Source: a virus
Lineage: Duplodnaviria > Caudoviricetes
IMG/VR virus record: IMGVR_UViG_3300048073_000103
Coordinates: 1 to 37,065 of that record
Reading direction: 5' to 3' (one strand)
DNA: 37,065 bases
This document shows, piece after piece, positions 25,221 to 34,652 of this stretch. The notes beneath the pieces were generated by a model. It was given only the letters and a program-made list of their open reading frames with translations, ran no database searches and was not told the origin of the DNA. The translations under genes were made by a program, and so were the position numbers. Within the stretch, counting starts at the first letter, position 1. Each line of letters starts with the position of its first letter.

Positions 25221-26695
25221 CACTCCCGACCGGGTTTGTGCTCGATAATGCCGGGGGGCTGCCTCCCGGTTTCGAGCTTGATGCGCCAGCGAATGCGCCG
25301 GCCCCAAAGAAGAAGCCCGAAAAGACTTGGATGGATACCTACCGGGGCGACCCGAGCGCGGAGATTCAAAGCATCGTAAACGGTGCCTCTCAGGGCGTCG
25401 CCGGGATTGGACAAGTCGCCGCGAAAGCTCTGCCTGACAGCATCGGCAAGCCCATCGAAGGCTGGCTCGCGAAGTCCGTGAAGGGCGGCAACATGCGGCA
25501 GGCGGAGTTAAATGCCCGCTCTACCGTTGCACCCTTCTTGTCGGATGCGGCTAAGGTCGCTCCGGAAGCCGCGCTGACCGTGGCAGCCCCCGAGACCGCT
25601 TTGGGTCGTATCGCTCTTGGAGCCGCTGTCAACACGGCGGCAGGCGTTGCCAAACCCGTCGCTGAGGGCGAGCAGTATAACCGGGGCGATCCATCCCGTA
25701 TGGCAAAGGACGCATCTCTCGGTGCCATCGCAGGAGCTGTTCCTGAAATCGTCTCGGGCGTGATGAAGGGTGCGGCGGCTGTTGAAGGTGCCGCCTCTAC
25801 AGCCGCCAACGCTACCAAGGACGGCGTTTCCAATCTGGTCAAGGGCATAGGCCGGAAGTCGGCGGAGGAGTGGGGAGCCGTGGGTAGTCAGCTCAAGGAT
25901 GACGCGCTCAGCACACTCCAGGCCGCGAACAAGAATGGCACGGTCATCAAAGGCGATGCGGCGAAGCAAGGAATTCAGAACATCATCGACGACACCCGCA
26001 AGGGCGTGACGTTGACCGGCGCCAGTGCCGATGTTCTATACCCCAATACCAAGGCGTTTCTCGCCGACCTGTCGAGCTATGATGGCGATTTGTCATTGGA
26101 GAATGTCCATCAAATCCGCCAGGTAGGCAGCAGCCTCATCAGCAAGGCGTTCCGCAATGCCTCGCCGGAAGACGCGTATGCGCTGCGCGATGTGGTCGGC
26201 AAGCTTGATGATTGGGTGAGTGGGCTCGGCAAGAAGGAATTGTCGGCGGGCTCGCCAGACAACATCCAAACATTCAACGACTTCCGTGACAAGTACGCGC
26301 AATTCGCGCGGTTTGACAAAGTGCAGAAGGCGCTGGAATTCGCACACGGCGATATCAACAAGGTTCGCACAACGGTGCAGGGATGGTTCAAGCCAGGCGC
26401 ACAAAAGCAACTGGCGGGATTCTCCGACGCGGACAAGGCCAACCTCAAGGCCTTCGCATTCCCAAGCAAGGGAGAACAGGCCTTGGGCCTTGCCGGCAAG
26501 TTTGGCGTGAACCTCGATCGGCCGGATAAATCCTCGGTGGTCGGTTCGCTCGGCCTGGACAGCCTCCTTGGCATCGCTGCGGGTTTGAAGACAGGCGGTA
26601 CCGCGTTGGTGGGTGGCACGATCGCAAAGACGGCCGCGAATCGTATCGCACAAGGGAAATTGGAAACCTCTCTCAAGTCGTTGTCCGGCAAATGA
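25202..26695 (+). CDS. Internal virion / DNA ejection protein
   Basis: LPTGFVLD/LPPGFELD N-terminal repeats, Gly/Ala-rich segments. Confidence 0.7.
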   Translation: MGAAQVALPTGFVLDNAGGLPPGFELDAPANAPAPKKKPEKTWMDTYRGDPSAEIQSIVNGASQGVAGIGQVAAKALPDSIGKPIEGWLAKSVKGGNMRQAELNARSTVAPFLSDAAKVAPEAALTVAAPETALGRIALGAAVNTAAGVAKPVAEGEQYNRGDPSRMAKDASLGAIAGAVPEIVSGVMKGAAAVEGAASTAANATKDGVSNLVKGIGRKSAEEWGAVGSQLKDDALSTLQAANKNGTVIKGDAAKQGIQNIIDDTRKGVTLTGASADVLYPNTKAFLADLSSYDGDLSLENVHQIRQVGSSLISKAFRNASPEDAYALRDVVGKLDDWVSGLGKKELSAGSPDNIQTFNDFRDKYAQFARFDKVQKALEFAHGDINKVRTTVQGWFKPGAQKQLAGFSDADKANLKAFAFPSKGEQALGLAGKFGVNLDRPDKSSVVGSLGLDSLLGIAAGLKTGGTALVGGTIAKTAANRIAQGKLETSLKSLSGK

Positions 26696-26748
26696 TGTTG
26701 ACGCCTGAATCACTTGTGAGTTCTAATTCACCAACGAAAGCTCCGATA

Positions 26749-27132
26749 ATGAAGCATAAAAAGGTTGCTCTTATTGCAGGGATGATTTCTCTGCCACTCA
26801 TCGCACACGCCTCTTGGGAAAGCGACCAGTACAAGAGCCTCGGGACAGCTTTCCGCTACGTGTCGGGTACCGACATCACGGTGATAAGCGGAACTACCGT
26901 AAGTGCATCTGCGCTCGCGACGAGTGATACAAGTGTCTTTCGGGTCTCCTGTGACCAGCAGACTCGTTTTACCACTGTGAGCATTGGGTCATCCGCGAAT
27001 ATTGTGAGCCCATCCGGTCTTAAGATCGAGCCCAACACGCCCGAGTATTTCCCCGTTGACGCGAACACTGTGCCAGCGCTGAAGCCCGTGAACAGCACAG
27101 GCCTCTGTAATATTTCTCGCATGAAAAAGTAA
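26749..27132 (+). CDS. Beta-rich protein with signal-peptide-like N-terminus
   Basis: MKHKKVALIAGMISLPLIAHA-S. Confidence 0.7.
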   Translation: MKHKKVALIAGMISLPLIAHASWESDQYKSLGTAFRYVSGTDITVISGTTVSASALATSDTSVFRVSCDQQTRFTTVSIGSSANIVSPSGLKIEPNTPEYFPVDANTVPALKPVNSTGLCNISRMKK

Positions 27133-27177
27133 GCCATGCGCGCGAGCAACGTCAACCAGTCTAAAATGCGTCGGTAG

Positions 27178-28461
27178 ATGCTGCGCGCGGGTATTTTCAA
27201 AAAATCCGCGGCTTTCCTAGTCGCGCTACTGCTTCTTGTTAGCGTCGTATTTGGCGCGGTTGCCGAGCCGATAGCGGATGGCACACAGGTAGCTACGAGA
27301 ACCGGCTTCGTTGGCCGTATGGGGCCACCAAAGGCCGGACGCCCGACGATTATCAACTTCCGCCCCGGCCCGACGGGCAACATGGCAGCCTGGAGTGCGG
27401 CGAAAGCCGCCATGGCCATTGGATTGCATCCGAAGGTTCTCTACGTCGGTGACAGCAAAACGATGGGCTACAACGTTCTCAACACAGGGTACGTTGGAGC
27501 TTCAGCTTCGAGCATTACCAAGAAGATTGCCGACATCTGCAATGCTGCTGGGCTCGCAGTCAATAAAGACATCATCTTCAGTCACCAGGGGCCGACATCC
27601 ATCAGCCTACAGGCGGGGTACGACCCGCGCATCAATACTCCGATCACGAGCTGGGCGTTCGGCTCAGATACGGGCATTTCGGGGAATGCTTGGCGAGAGG
27701 GCAGCCCTAATACGGACAACCTATCCTTCACGTTCGCCGGTACAGATGACCGGGTAACAATTTGGTATATCCAGCGTACCGCCAACCAAGATAGCTTCGT
27801 AGTCACTGACAGCTCAACTGTAGTGGGCACGGTGAACACGGTAGGAACCCCCAGTGCGTTCGTTTCGGTGACGCTCAGCCTCGCAAGTCGGGCGGCCAAT
27901 CACACCATCAGTATTGCCCGCGCCGGGTTGGTATCGCAGGCCATCGTCATTCAAGGGCTTGTCCTGTGGGACTCAACAACGCCCGCCATAGACATCTATA
28001 ACGTCGGACGGTTCGGTACAAAGGCGAGTGCCGAATGGCAAAGCAACTCACTGCCATGGTCGGCCCTCAATGCAATTCAAACTATTGCCCCTAATCTCAC
28101 GGTCATCAGCCTCGGTTCAAACGATTTGCTGGGCCTTGTGGATGTGCCGACGTTCACGGCATCCATACAGACGCTTATCAATGCCGCGAAGGCCGGAGGC
28201 GGCTCTGTCGTCCTCGTGAACCCGACCAAGGGCCAACAGCCGGCGTATGGCGACGCGACGGCACAGGTGGCGTACTCGGCTGCTCTGCTGCAGCTGGCCT
28301 ATGCCAACGACGTGCCTCTCATTGATGAGGGCGGCGTATTCGTGGACTACAACACGGCCAACGCCAAAGGTTTGTTTGCCTCTGGCGACCCCATCCACGA
28401 GAACTCCCCTGGAACGGATGTTCGGGCCGTGCTGCATGCCCGGGTGTTTCTAGAGAATTAG
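27178..28461 (+). CDS. SGNH/GDSL hydrolase-domain protein (possible tail-associated esterase)
   Basis: YVGDS block I, NVGRFG, SLGSND block III, DPIH block V; hydrophobic N-terminus. Confidence 0.85.
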   Translation: MLRAGIFKKSAAFLVALLLLVSVVFGAVAEPIADGTQVATRTGFVGRMGPPKAGRPTIINFRPGPTGNMAAWSAAKAAMAIGLHPKVLYVGDSKTMGYNVLNTGYVGASASSITKKIADICNAAGLAVNKDIIFSHQGPTSISLQAGYDPRINTPITSWAFGSDTGISGNAWREGSPNTDNLSFTFAGTDDRVTIWYIQRTANQDSFVVTDSSTVVGTVNTVGTPSAFVSVTLSLASRAANHTISIARAGLVSQAIVIQGLVLWDSTTPAIDIYNVGRFGTKASAEWQSNSLPWSALNAIQTIAPNLTVISLGSNDLLGLVDVPTFTASIQTLINAAKAGGGSVVLVNPTKGQQPAYGDATAQVAYSAALLQLAYANDVPLIDEGGVFVDYNTANAKGLFASGDPIHENSPGTDVRAVLHARVFLEN

Positions 28462-28464
28462 GAT

Positions 28465-28740
28465 ATGGCTCCAACAAAATGGCACCTCGATATAAAAATC
28501 ACAGCCGGGCTGATACTTACGACCGCGCTAAACCTCGCCGGAGGCGTTTGGTGGGCCTCTCAGATGGACAGCGCGAACAGAACGCAGGATGCGTCGATTG
28601 CGAGACTTGAGCAAAGACAAGATCGCAACGAGAGTGCGGTAAACGGCATCAATGAACGACTGGCACGCATTGAGGCAAACCAGACAAACCAAACGCAGCT
28701 AATGCAAGACATCCGTGAAGGGCTGCATCTGCGGCGATGA
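28465..28740 (+). CDS. Membrane plus coiled-coil lysis-region protein (holin/antiholin-like)
   Basis: One transmembrane segment then coiled coil ERLARIE; precedes putative endolysin. Confidence 0.6.
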   Translation: MAPTKWHLDIKITAGLILTTALNLAGGVWWASQMDSANRTQDASIARLEQRQDRNESAVNGINERLARIEANQTNQTQLMQDIREGLHLRR

Positions 28741-29114
28741 AAGCCGTTCTCACCCGCCTTACTACCATCGGAAATGCCGTCATCGGCAGGCTGGACGTGG
28801 AAGGGCTGCTTCTATGGACACTGGAAGACGCCAAAGAGCTTATCCCCGCGAACTCCTACAAGTGCATCCCCCATGGTTGGAACAACGAACCTCTGCACGT
28901 CCTGAAGGTCTGGGAGGTCGCCAACGTCAATAGCCGCACCGGCATTCTTTTCCATGCGGGTAACACTGACCTGGACACCCTTGGGTGTGTTCTTGTGGGG
29001 ATGGGCGTGAGGCAGGGCCAGCTTATTGAAAGCGCCGGAGCCATCCTCAGAATGCGCCAACTCATCGGCGATGCCGGATTTGATTTACAGATACATGCGA
29101 GCGTGCCAGCTTGA
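28737..29114 (+). CDS. DUF5675-family protein, putative endolysin
   Basis: WTLED...IPANSY...RTGILFHAGN...DTLGCVLVG. Confidence 0.75.
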   Translation: MKAVLTRLTTIGNAVIGRLDVEGLLLWTLEDAKELIPANSYKCIPHGWNNEPLHVLKVWEVANVNSRTGILFHAGNTDLDTLGCVLVGMGVRQGQLIESAGAILRMRQLIGDAGFDLQIHASVPA

Positions 29115-29265
29115 GCATACCCGCCGCGCTGCTCCTGTTGTAATGAGCGACGTAAGACGGGCAGGGCCTTCTTCATCCTCCCCCACCCCTCGGAAGGCCC
29201 CCTTTATTTTTCTTTGACAAGATTCGTGACGCGGCTCACCCTTTAAGCAAAGAAAGGGTAATGAG

Positions 29266-29436
29266 TTGAACTTCCTCACTGGCAAGAAAACTTACATCGT
29301 AGGGCTCGGCACAATCCTCGGTGCCGTCGGCGGCGTCATGAGCGGGGCTCTGCCGCTTGAACAGGCTGTGCAACTGGTCGTTACCGCGCTGCTCGGTATG
29401 ACGATCCGCAGCGGGATCAATACCTCGGCCCAATAG
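29266..29436 (+). CDS. Small holin-like protein (56 aa)
   Basis: Manual translation from TTG: MNFLTGKKTYIVGLGTILGAVGGVMSGALPLEQAVQLVVTALLGMTIRSGINTSAQ; two hydrophobic helices; not in ORF track. Confidence 0.7.
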   Translation: MNFLTGKKTYIVGLGTILGAVGGVMSGALPLEQAVQLVVTALLGMTIRSGINTSAQ

Positions 29437-29448
29437 GCTGATGACCGC

Positions 29449-29474
29449 AAAAAACCCCGCCTAAGCGGGGTTTC
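29449..29474. terminator. Bidirectional terminator at the phage/mobilisation-module junction
   Basis: AAAAAACCCCGC-CTAA-GCGGGGTTT. Confidence 0.75.
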
Positions 29475-29694
29475 TGCTTTCGTAGATGGCGTAGAACAGG
29501 GAGACAAGGAAGGTCTTGTTGTCCTCCGTGAGCGGCCTCTGCGCCAAGACGGCATATCCGAGCTGGATAGCCTGGTCGTCGGTGAGTTCTTCCATTCGTT
29601 CGAAGTAACCTCTCCATGGCTCCCCGAACGTACAAACCCACCACCAAAACTCAACATCGTCGCCGGGGTACATGTCCCGGGATAGTTTGACCAT
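29461..29694 (-). CDS. Hypothetical protein
   Basis: GGAG RBS, ATG; ends in terminator loop. Confidence 0.55.
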   Translation of the reverse strand: MVKLSRDMYPGDDVEFWWWVCTFGEPWRGYFERMEELTDDQAIQLGYAVLAQRPLTEDNKTFLVSLFYAIYESRNPA

Positions 29695-29705
29695 GATGCT
29701 TCTCC

Positions 29706-29738
29706 AAAAAGAAAGCCCCCAGTGTTTCCACCGGGGGC
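29706..29738 (-). terminator. Intrinsic terminator after ardC
   Basis: GCCCCC..GGGGGC stem followed by TTTCTTTTT on minus strand. Confidence 0.65.
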
Positions 29739-29742
29739 AGAT

Positions 29743-30666
29743 TCAAAACGCTATCGAGTCGCCTATCTCTTTCTCGGAGATCTGGCGTTGTGTTTCAGGT
29801 TCGACCTCAGGGGTTGCCTGATGCCGTACCCAGTCCGCGGCCTGTGAGGCGTAGGAAGCGGCGTTGAAGATGGCCCGCTTGTCCTCCTTCAGCACCTTCA
29901 GCCAGTTCTCGACGTATGAAGCCGAGCGATGGCGGGCAGGGATGCCGGAGTGGGCACACAGGAAGGCGCTGCCCAGTTCGGCAACCAGCTCTTCAAATGC
30001 GTAGGCATTCGAGCCGAACCGGTTGGTCAGGTTGCGGTTGAGGCGTTCTTTGTGGCCCGTCGCGTGGACAACCTCGTGGAAGCCGACCCCGTAGAACTCC
30101 TCGGGGCTTTCAAACCACGAGTAGGGCGGGAGGATTACCTGGTCACGCTGCGGGTAATAAGCCGCCTTCGTGCTCGAGTATTGAACCTCGATGCCGCATC
30201 CTTGGATGAGCCTTAACGCCTCGTCGTAAACCTCCGTTTCAGGCGGGGCTTCCGAGACCACTTGGTAGGCTGGAGGTAGTTTCTCCAACTGCTCGACGTG
30301 GAACACAGTGTACGTTTTCAGAAGGCTTTTCTTCTTCATTTCGCCGGACGTTTCGTCCTGCTTTTCCGTCCACTTCGTGAAGATGACCGTTGAGCCGTGC
30401 TCGCCCTTTCGGACGTGCGCGCCGAGGTCGTTCGCCTGCTTGAAGGTCATCCATGAATGCGAGTGAAACCCGCGCTCCATGGCTTCGGCCCAGAGAAGCA
30501 ACACGTTCATCCCACTGTAGGGGCGGCCGGTTGCGACGTTGGTGGGCACGTAAGCGATGCCCGCTTTCTTTTCGATGGCCCATGGCTGCGTCCAGGGAAT
30601 TACCCCTGCCTCCAACTGAGTGATGATGCTGTCAGTGACTTTTGAATACAGGTCTGCCGTGCGCAT
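29743..30666 (-). CDS. ardC: ArdC-family ssDNA-binding antirestriction protein with zincin-like domain
   Basis: VIPWTQPW, PYSGMNVLLLW, WMTFKQA..LGAHVRKGE, HEVVHATGH, YAFEELVAELGSAFL. Confidence 0.93.
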   Translation of the reverse strand: MRTADLYSKVTDSIITQLEAGVIPWTQPWAIEKKAGIAYVPTNVATGRPYSGMNVLLLWAEAMERGFHSHSWMTFKQANDLGAHVRKGEHGSTVIFTKWTEKQDETSGEMKKKSLLKTYTVFHVEQLEKLPPAYQVVSEAPPETEVYDEALRLIQGCGIEVQYSSTKAAYYPQRDQVILPPYSWFESPEEFYGVGFHEVVHATGHKERLNRNLTNRFGSNAYAFEELVAELGSAFLCAHSGIPARHRSASYVENWLKVLKEDKRAIFNAASYASQAADWVRHQATPEVEPETQRQISEKEIGDSIAF

Positions 30667-30728
30667 GAGAGTCCTCCTGCGGGTGTGAAACGATTTGAGA
30701 TGTGCGGAAAGTCGCAGAGGAATATAAC

Positions 30729-32207
30729 ATGGAAGAAATTATGCGTGTACTTAAAGCTATAACCCTCGGCGGCTTAATGCTCATCATGGGCATCATCACC
30801 GCGTTCACTGACATCGCGAAGTATGGATGGTATCTCTTCAAGGGGCGTAAGGGGCCAACCACGCATGGTGATGCGGATTGGGCGACCGACAAGGAATTAA
30901 GGTCGGCTGGAAACTTCGACCCGCGCGGAATCCTGATGGCGTTCACGGACAGCGGAAAGCCGGTGTTCGCTCATCCGCAACGCAGTGTCATGGTGATGGC
31001 AGGGCCGGGGCAGGGTAAGTCGCAAACCGCGCTGGCAACCTTCCGGGCAAAGAAGCTTCTGGCCGAACATCAGCGTCAACATCTCATCATCCACGACCCT
31101 GCCGGCGAACTCTATGATGTCGGCGGGCCTATCCTGCGCGAGCTGGGCTATTCGGTTGAAAAGATGGATATGATTGAGCCGGTCAACGGCATCCGGTACG
31201 ACGTGCTTTCCTACCTAAAGCCGAAGAGCCCGAATTTCGACAGTGACCTTAAAGGGCTCTGCGAACTGCTCATCCCACCCGAGCCGAACTCACGGCAGCC
31301 GCACTTTGTTGATTACGCACGCGCCATGCTCCACGACGTGATCACCCTGAACATGGTCTTCGAGGGCAACACCCGGAGCCTGGCTGAATGCGTCGATGAA
31401 ATCCTTGTCGATGCCAAGCGTACCAAAATGGTCGAGCGGATGAAGAAGCACCCGCACGACTTCAAGGCCATCGACATCTTCGGCAAGATGAGTGCCAACG
31501 AAAGCGCTAGCATGCTTTCAACCTCCCTCCGAAAGCTGGAGGTCTGGTCGCTCAATTCCGTGCGGGAGATGTCGGCTTCAACCCCAATGCCGAACCATCC
31601 GCGTGGCTGGAACTTCGAGCACATGCTGGAGCACGATAAACCCTCAGCCCTGTTCATCCGTACCGGTCTACGCCCGGGGGGCGGGGAGTTTGCGCGCATC
31701 GTCTTCGGAAACGCCATCAACACCGTCCGCCGGCAGTGGGACGCCACGGGCCAAGCCAATCCGCGAGGTCTGCAAGTGTTTATTGATGAGGCCGCCCGCC
31801 TGGGCAACTGCACCGCCCTGATGGACGGTCACAACGAGCTGCGGAAGGCGAAGCTGACTCTGTGGCTCGGCTTTCTGAGCTTCGCTGCGGTGAAGGAGCA
31901 CTATGGCTCGGAGGCCATGACCCTGTTCAACGGGTGCGACCACATCATCTTCCCCGGCAACAAGGATATGGAGACCAACGAGCTGTACAGCCGGATGATT
32001 GGCGACATGACCATTGAAAGCGGCTCCCGGAGCGAAAACAACTACGGTCAGAGCAAGGGGCTGAACGAACAGGCCCGGCGCCGGATTAAGGCCGACGAAC
32101 TCCGCCGCGCGCCATATGAGCGCGCCTTTGCCATCGTGGACAGCCAAACCCTGAAGGGCAAGAAGGTGTTCTACATCGACCGGCGGAAACAACTCCGGTT
32201 CCGCTAG
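30729..32207 (+). CDS. VirD4/TraG-family type IV coupling protein
   Basis: N-terminal TM, HGDADWA, AGPGQGKS Walker A, IHDPAGE, FIDEA Walker B. Confidence 0.9.
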   Translation: MEEIMRVLKAITLGGLMLIMGIITAFTDIAKYGWYLFKGRKGPTTHGDADWATDKELRSAGNFDPRGILMAFTDSGKPVFAHPQRSVMVMAGPGQGKSQTALATFRAKKLLAEHQRQHLIIHDPAGELYDVGGPILRELGYSVEKMDMIEPVNGIRYDVLSYLKPKSPNFDSDLKGLCELLIPPEPNSRQPHFVDYARAMLHDVITLNMVFEGNTRSLAECVDEILVDAKRTKMVERMKKHPHDFKAIDIFGKMSANESASMLSTSLRKLEVWSLNSVREMSASTPMPNHPRGWNFEHMLEHDKPSALFIRTGLRPGGGEFARIVFGNAINTVRRQWDATGQANPRGLQVFIDEAARLGNCTALMDGHNELRKAKLTLWLGFLSFAAVKEHYGSEAMTLFNGCDHIIFPGNKDMETNELYSRMIGDMTIESGSRSENNYGQSKGLNEQARRRIKADELRRAPYERAFAIVDSQTLKGKKVFYIDRRKQLRFR

Positions 32208-33646
32208 TGCAGCGGCTGTTCCTGTTGGGCTTCAATCCACGCCACCAATTCCGGGTGGCCCATGTGGTTGAGGATGTCTTTGGTGTCTTCGAGGGTGAGG
32301 TCCCCGTCCTCGTAGGCATCCATGATGTCGTTCGGGCTTAACCCGTCCAGGTAGGACGACAGGCGTTCTTTCAGGAAGGCGTCGGCGGCGGAGAAGTCTT
32401 CGAGCTGGCCATTGATACGCTCGTGCAGCCGTACGGCCTCCTCGGCGCCGCCCAGCCTCTGCTCGATTTCGTAGACCCGTTGAATGGCTCTGTTGGCAGC
32501 GTGGTTAGCTTCGCGGAATGCCGCCTCCCGCAACGCTTGGGAGTAGGTGGCTTTCTCATATCTTGCTTCCGCCTTGATGGCCTTCTCGATGCCGGCCGTG
32601 CGGATGGTGAAAATCCCAAGGGTGATGTTCACCCCCTTACGGAAGCCGAGGATGTGGGTGTCCTTCATAGCCTGGTCGGCAAGCTCGGTCGTGGAGCGCG
32701 CGTCGGCGAGGGCATCGCTTGCCTTCTCGGCATTGCTCCGTGCTACATCGGCTTCCGCCCGCCAGTAAGCGTACTCTTTCCCGAGCCGGACGGCATCCTG
32801 ACGCCGGGCGTTGAGGATCTTCAGCTCAGCCAGTTCGCGGCGGGTGTTGTCCAGCCGTTTGGTAATGGGAAGGGCCATATCGTCAGCGCCAACGTGGGCG
32901 TCCTCTGCGTCGGTATCGTCCTCCGCAGGGATAGGCTCCTCGACTGGCGGCTCAAACTCGCTTATCGGGGCATCAGGGGGCGAGAAATCAACGGGTTCGG
33001 GCTTGGCTTCGATCGGCGCCAGCTCGGGGATGGGGTCGATGTTGTCATTGTCGTAACCGCGGTGCTTCTGAGCTTCCTGTAGACCGCGCTCAAGATTGGT
33101 GCGGCGGTCGATACGCTCTTCGTACCCGTACTCTTCGAGGACGCCGTTGCATTCTTCCTCCCACATCCGTCGGAACCACTCGGTCGGATTGCCTTTGACC
33201 GGGCTGTGTTCGCGCCGGTAGGTACCGCTGCGGCCGAAGTAACCGACTTGGTTTCCTTCCTCATCGCTGTCCACTATGATGACGTGGGCGTGCGGGTTAT
33301 GCGTGTGCTGGTCGTGATGGAAGGCCACAGCCCTAATCCGACCTTGAAACGTCACACGCCAGAGGAATCGACGGGTCGCCTGGTAGCGGTGCGCCTCGCT
33401 CATTTGCACGGGGTGACAGAACTGGATCTTCTCCGCGATTCTTCCGTTCGCGCGGGTAACGGTCTTGTCGTGGGCGCCGAGCTGCTTGTCGATATCGTGC
33501 CGGTTGGTGCTGAAGTTTACAGCTATCACACGGTCACAGCGGTTGGTGTTGGCGCAGTAGTTTGCATGGGCGCGCAAGTGCGTTGGCCCGCTCTGCTTGC
33601 GGGTTAAGGCGCTGTGCTCAAGTCGGTAATACGCTGCCTGCGGCAT
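32204..33646 (-). CDS. MobA/MobL (MOBQ-like) relaxase
   Basis: N-terminal YYRL..AHANY, AFHH..HNPHAHVII HUH motif, WFRRMWEE..N..L...RIDRRT. Confidence 0.85.
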   Translation of the reverse strand: MPQAAYYRLEHSALTRKQSGPTHLRAHANYCANTNRCDRVIAVNFSTNRHDIDKQLGAHDKTVTRANGRIAEKIQFCHPVQMSEAHRYQATRRFLWRVTFQGRIRAVAFHHDQHTHNPHAHVIIVDSDEEGNQVGYFGRSGTYRREHSPVKGNPTEWFRRMWEEECNGVLEEYGYEERIDRRTNLERGLQEAQKHRGYDNDNIDPIPELAPIEAKPEPVDFSPPDAPISEFEPPVEEPIPAEDDTDAEDAHVGADDMALPITKRLDNTRRELAELKILNARRQDAVRLGKEYAYWRAEADVARSNAEKASDALADARSTTELADQAMKDTHILGFRKGVNITLGIFTIRTAGIEKAIKAEARYEKATYSQALREAAFREANHAANRAIQRVYEIEQRLGGAEEAVRLHERINGQLEDFSAADAFLKERLSSYLDGLSPNDIMDAYEDGDLTLEDTKDILNHMGHPELVAWIEAQQEQPLH

Positions 33647-33685
33647 GTGCCCATCTTACAACGGCGGAGCCGCGCTGTCGGTCTG

Positions 33686-33720
33686 GACTTTGTGCAACAA
33701 AGTCTAACTGCGCAGTCCCT
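33686..33720 (+). other. Putative MOBQ oriT
   Basis: GACTTTGT-GCA-ACAAAGTC hairpin immediately followed by TAACTGCGC, like the RSF1010/pSC101 IR + TAA(A/G)TGCG^C layout; 40 bp upstream of relaxase. Confidence 0.7.
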
Positions 33721-33794
33721 ATAAGGCACCAATAACAAACGCTGCAAAAATATCGCTAAAGCTAACGGGGCGCACGGGGGCGCTGAGGGGCAGG

Positions 33795-34538
33795 CTAGTT
33801 GGATGGACTCTCCCCGGTGATGGAGTCGAGAAGGTTGCCACCGGGGAGGTCGAGCTGAGCGCAGGCGACACCAAAAAGTTGGGCCTGAAGCATTCCATAC
33901 CAATCGGGGCCACCGGCTCCCTTTGCTGCCACGGCGCCAAATCCTAGCGATGACAGTGGGCCTGCGAACATGAACCACACCTTTGACTCGTCCATAACCA
34001 GCAGCGTTGAAACGTGGGCTCGTATAATGAAGGAGGGCAGGGGCTCAACGGATACCATTTCGCGAATATTCGCTTCATCAATGTCTCGGAATATCCTCTG
34101 AAACGACCTGGTCAGGGACGCTTCAACGTGCTCATCCGGGCTTTCTTCGGGCAGAAAAATACGGGTCGGCATCTTTTTGCGAAAACGCTCACCGAGGGCA
34201 TAGCTGTGGATATGGAGTTCTGACCAAATCTCGAAGTTCGGGATAACAAGGCTGAGGGTTTCCGCGTCAAGTATAACTGAGCCGAAGTCGTGCACGGCGA
34301 TGTCGCCCAAAACTTCGAGGATGCCAAGCTTGTCAGGCTGGCTCGGTGCCCCTTTGGAGGTGCTGAAGTGTTCGACGGCCGCCCGCACCACATGGGCGGG
34401 CTTGTCCAGTTTCATCTCGCGGCGAAGGATGTTGATTTGTTTGCGGGTCTCTATGGGCAGGCTGAACGTGACGCCCTTATTGGTCTTTGTTATCTCGTCC
34501 ACATCGCGGAAATCATAATCATCCGGTGCCTTCGCCAC
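33795..34538 (-). CDS. Regulator: N-terminal RHH-like domain plus possible PLD/TrmB/DUF5919-like sensor domain
   Basis: KGVTFSLP..RKQIN.L...AHVVRAAVE; TRIFLP, LLVMDESKVWF; GTG 34538 with AGGGGG RBS. Confidence 0.6.
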   Translation of the reverse strand: MAKAPDDYDFRDVDEITKTNKGVTFSLPIETRKQINILRREMKLDKPAHVVRAAVEHFSTSKGAPSQPDKLGILEVLGDIAVHDFGSVILDAETLSLVIPNFEIWSELHIHSYALGERFRKKMPTRIFLPEESPDEHVEASLTRSFQRIFRDIDEANIREMVSVEPLPSFIIRAHVSTLLVMDESKVWFMFAGPLSSLGFGAVAAKGAGGPDWYGMLQAQLFGVACAQLDLPGGNLLDSITGESPSN

Positions 34539-34548
34539 GCTTCCCCCT

Positions 34549-34584
34549 TGTGAAGTTCTCACAAGCCCCTGTGAAGCCCTCACA
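34549..34584. promoter_or_regulatory. Tandem palindromic operators TGTGA-N5-TCACA
   Basis: TGTGA-AGTTC-TCACA 34549-34563 and TGTGA-AGCCC-TCACA 34570-34584, 21-bp period, in a divergent intergenic region. Confidence 0.65.
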
Positions 34585-34652
34585 ATACAGGTGGATTCGG
34601 TTGGGTACTAGCGTCGCCCTCACGGCAATAACGCCGTTTTGGAGCGACGAAA

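Noticed and set aside
34549-34584. CRP/FNR binding sites
   Set aside because: Spacer is 5 bp, not the 6 bp needed for canonical CRP-family sites
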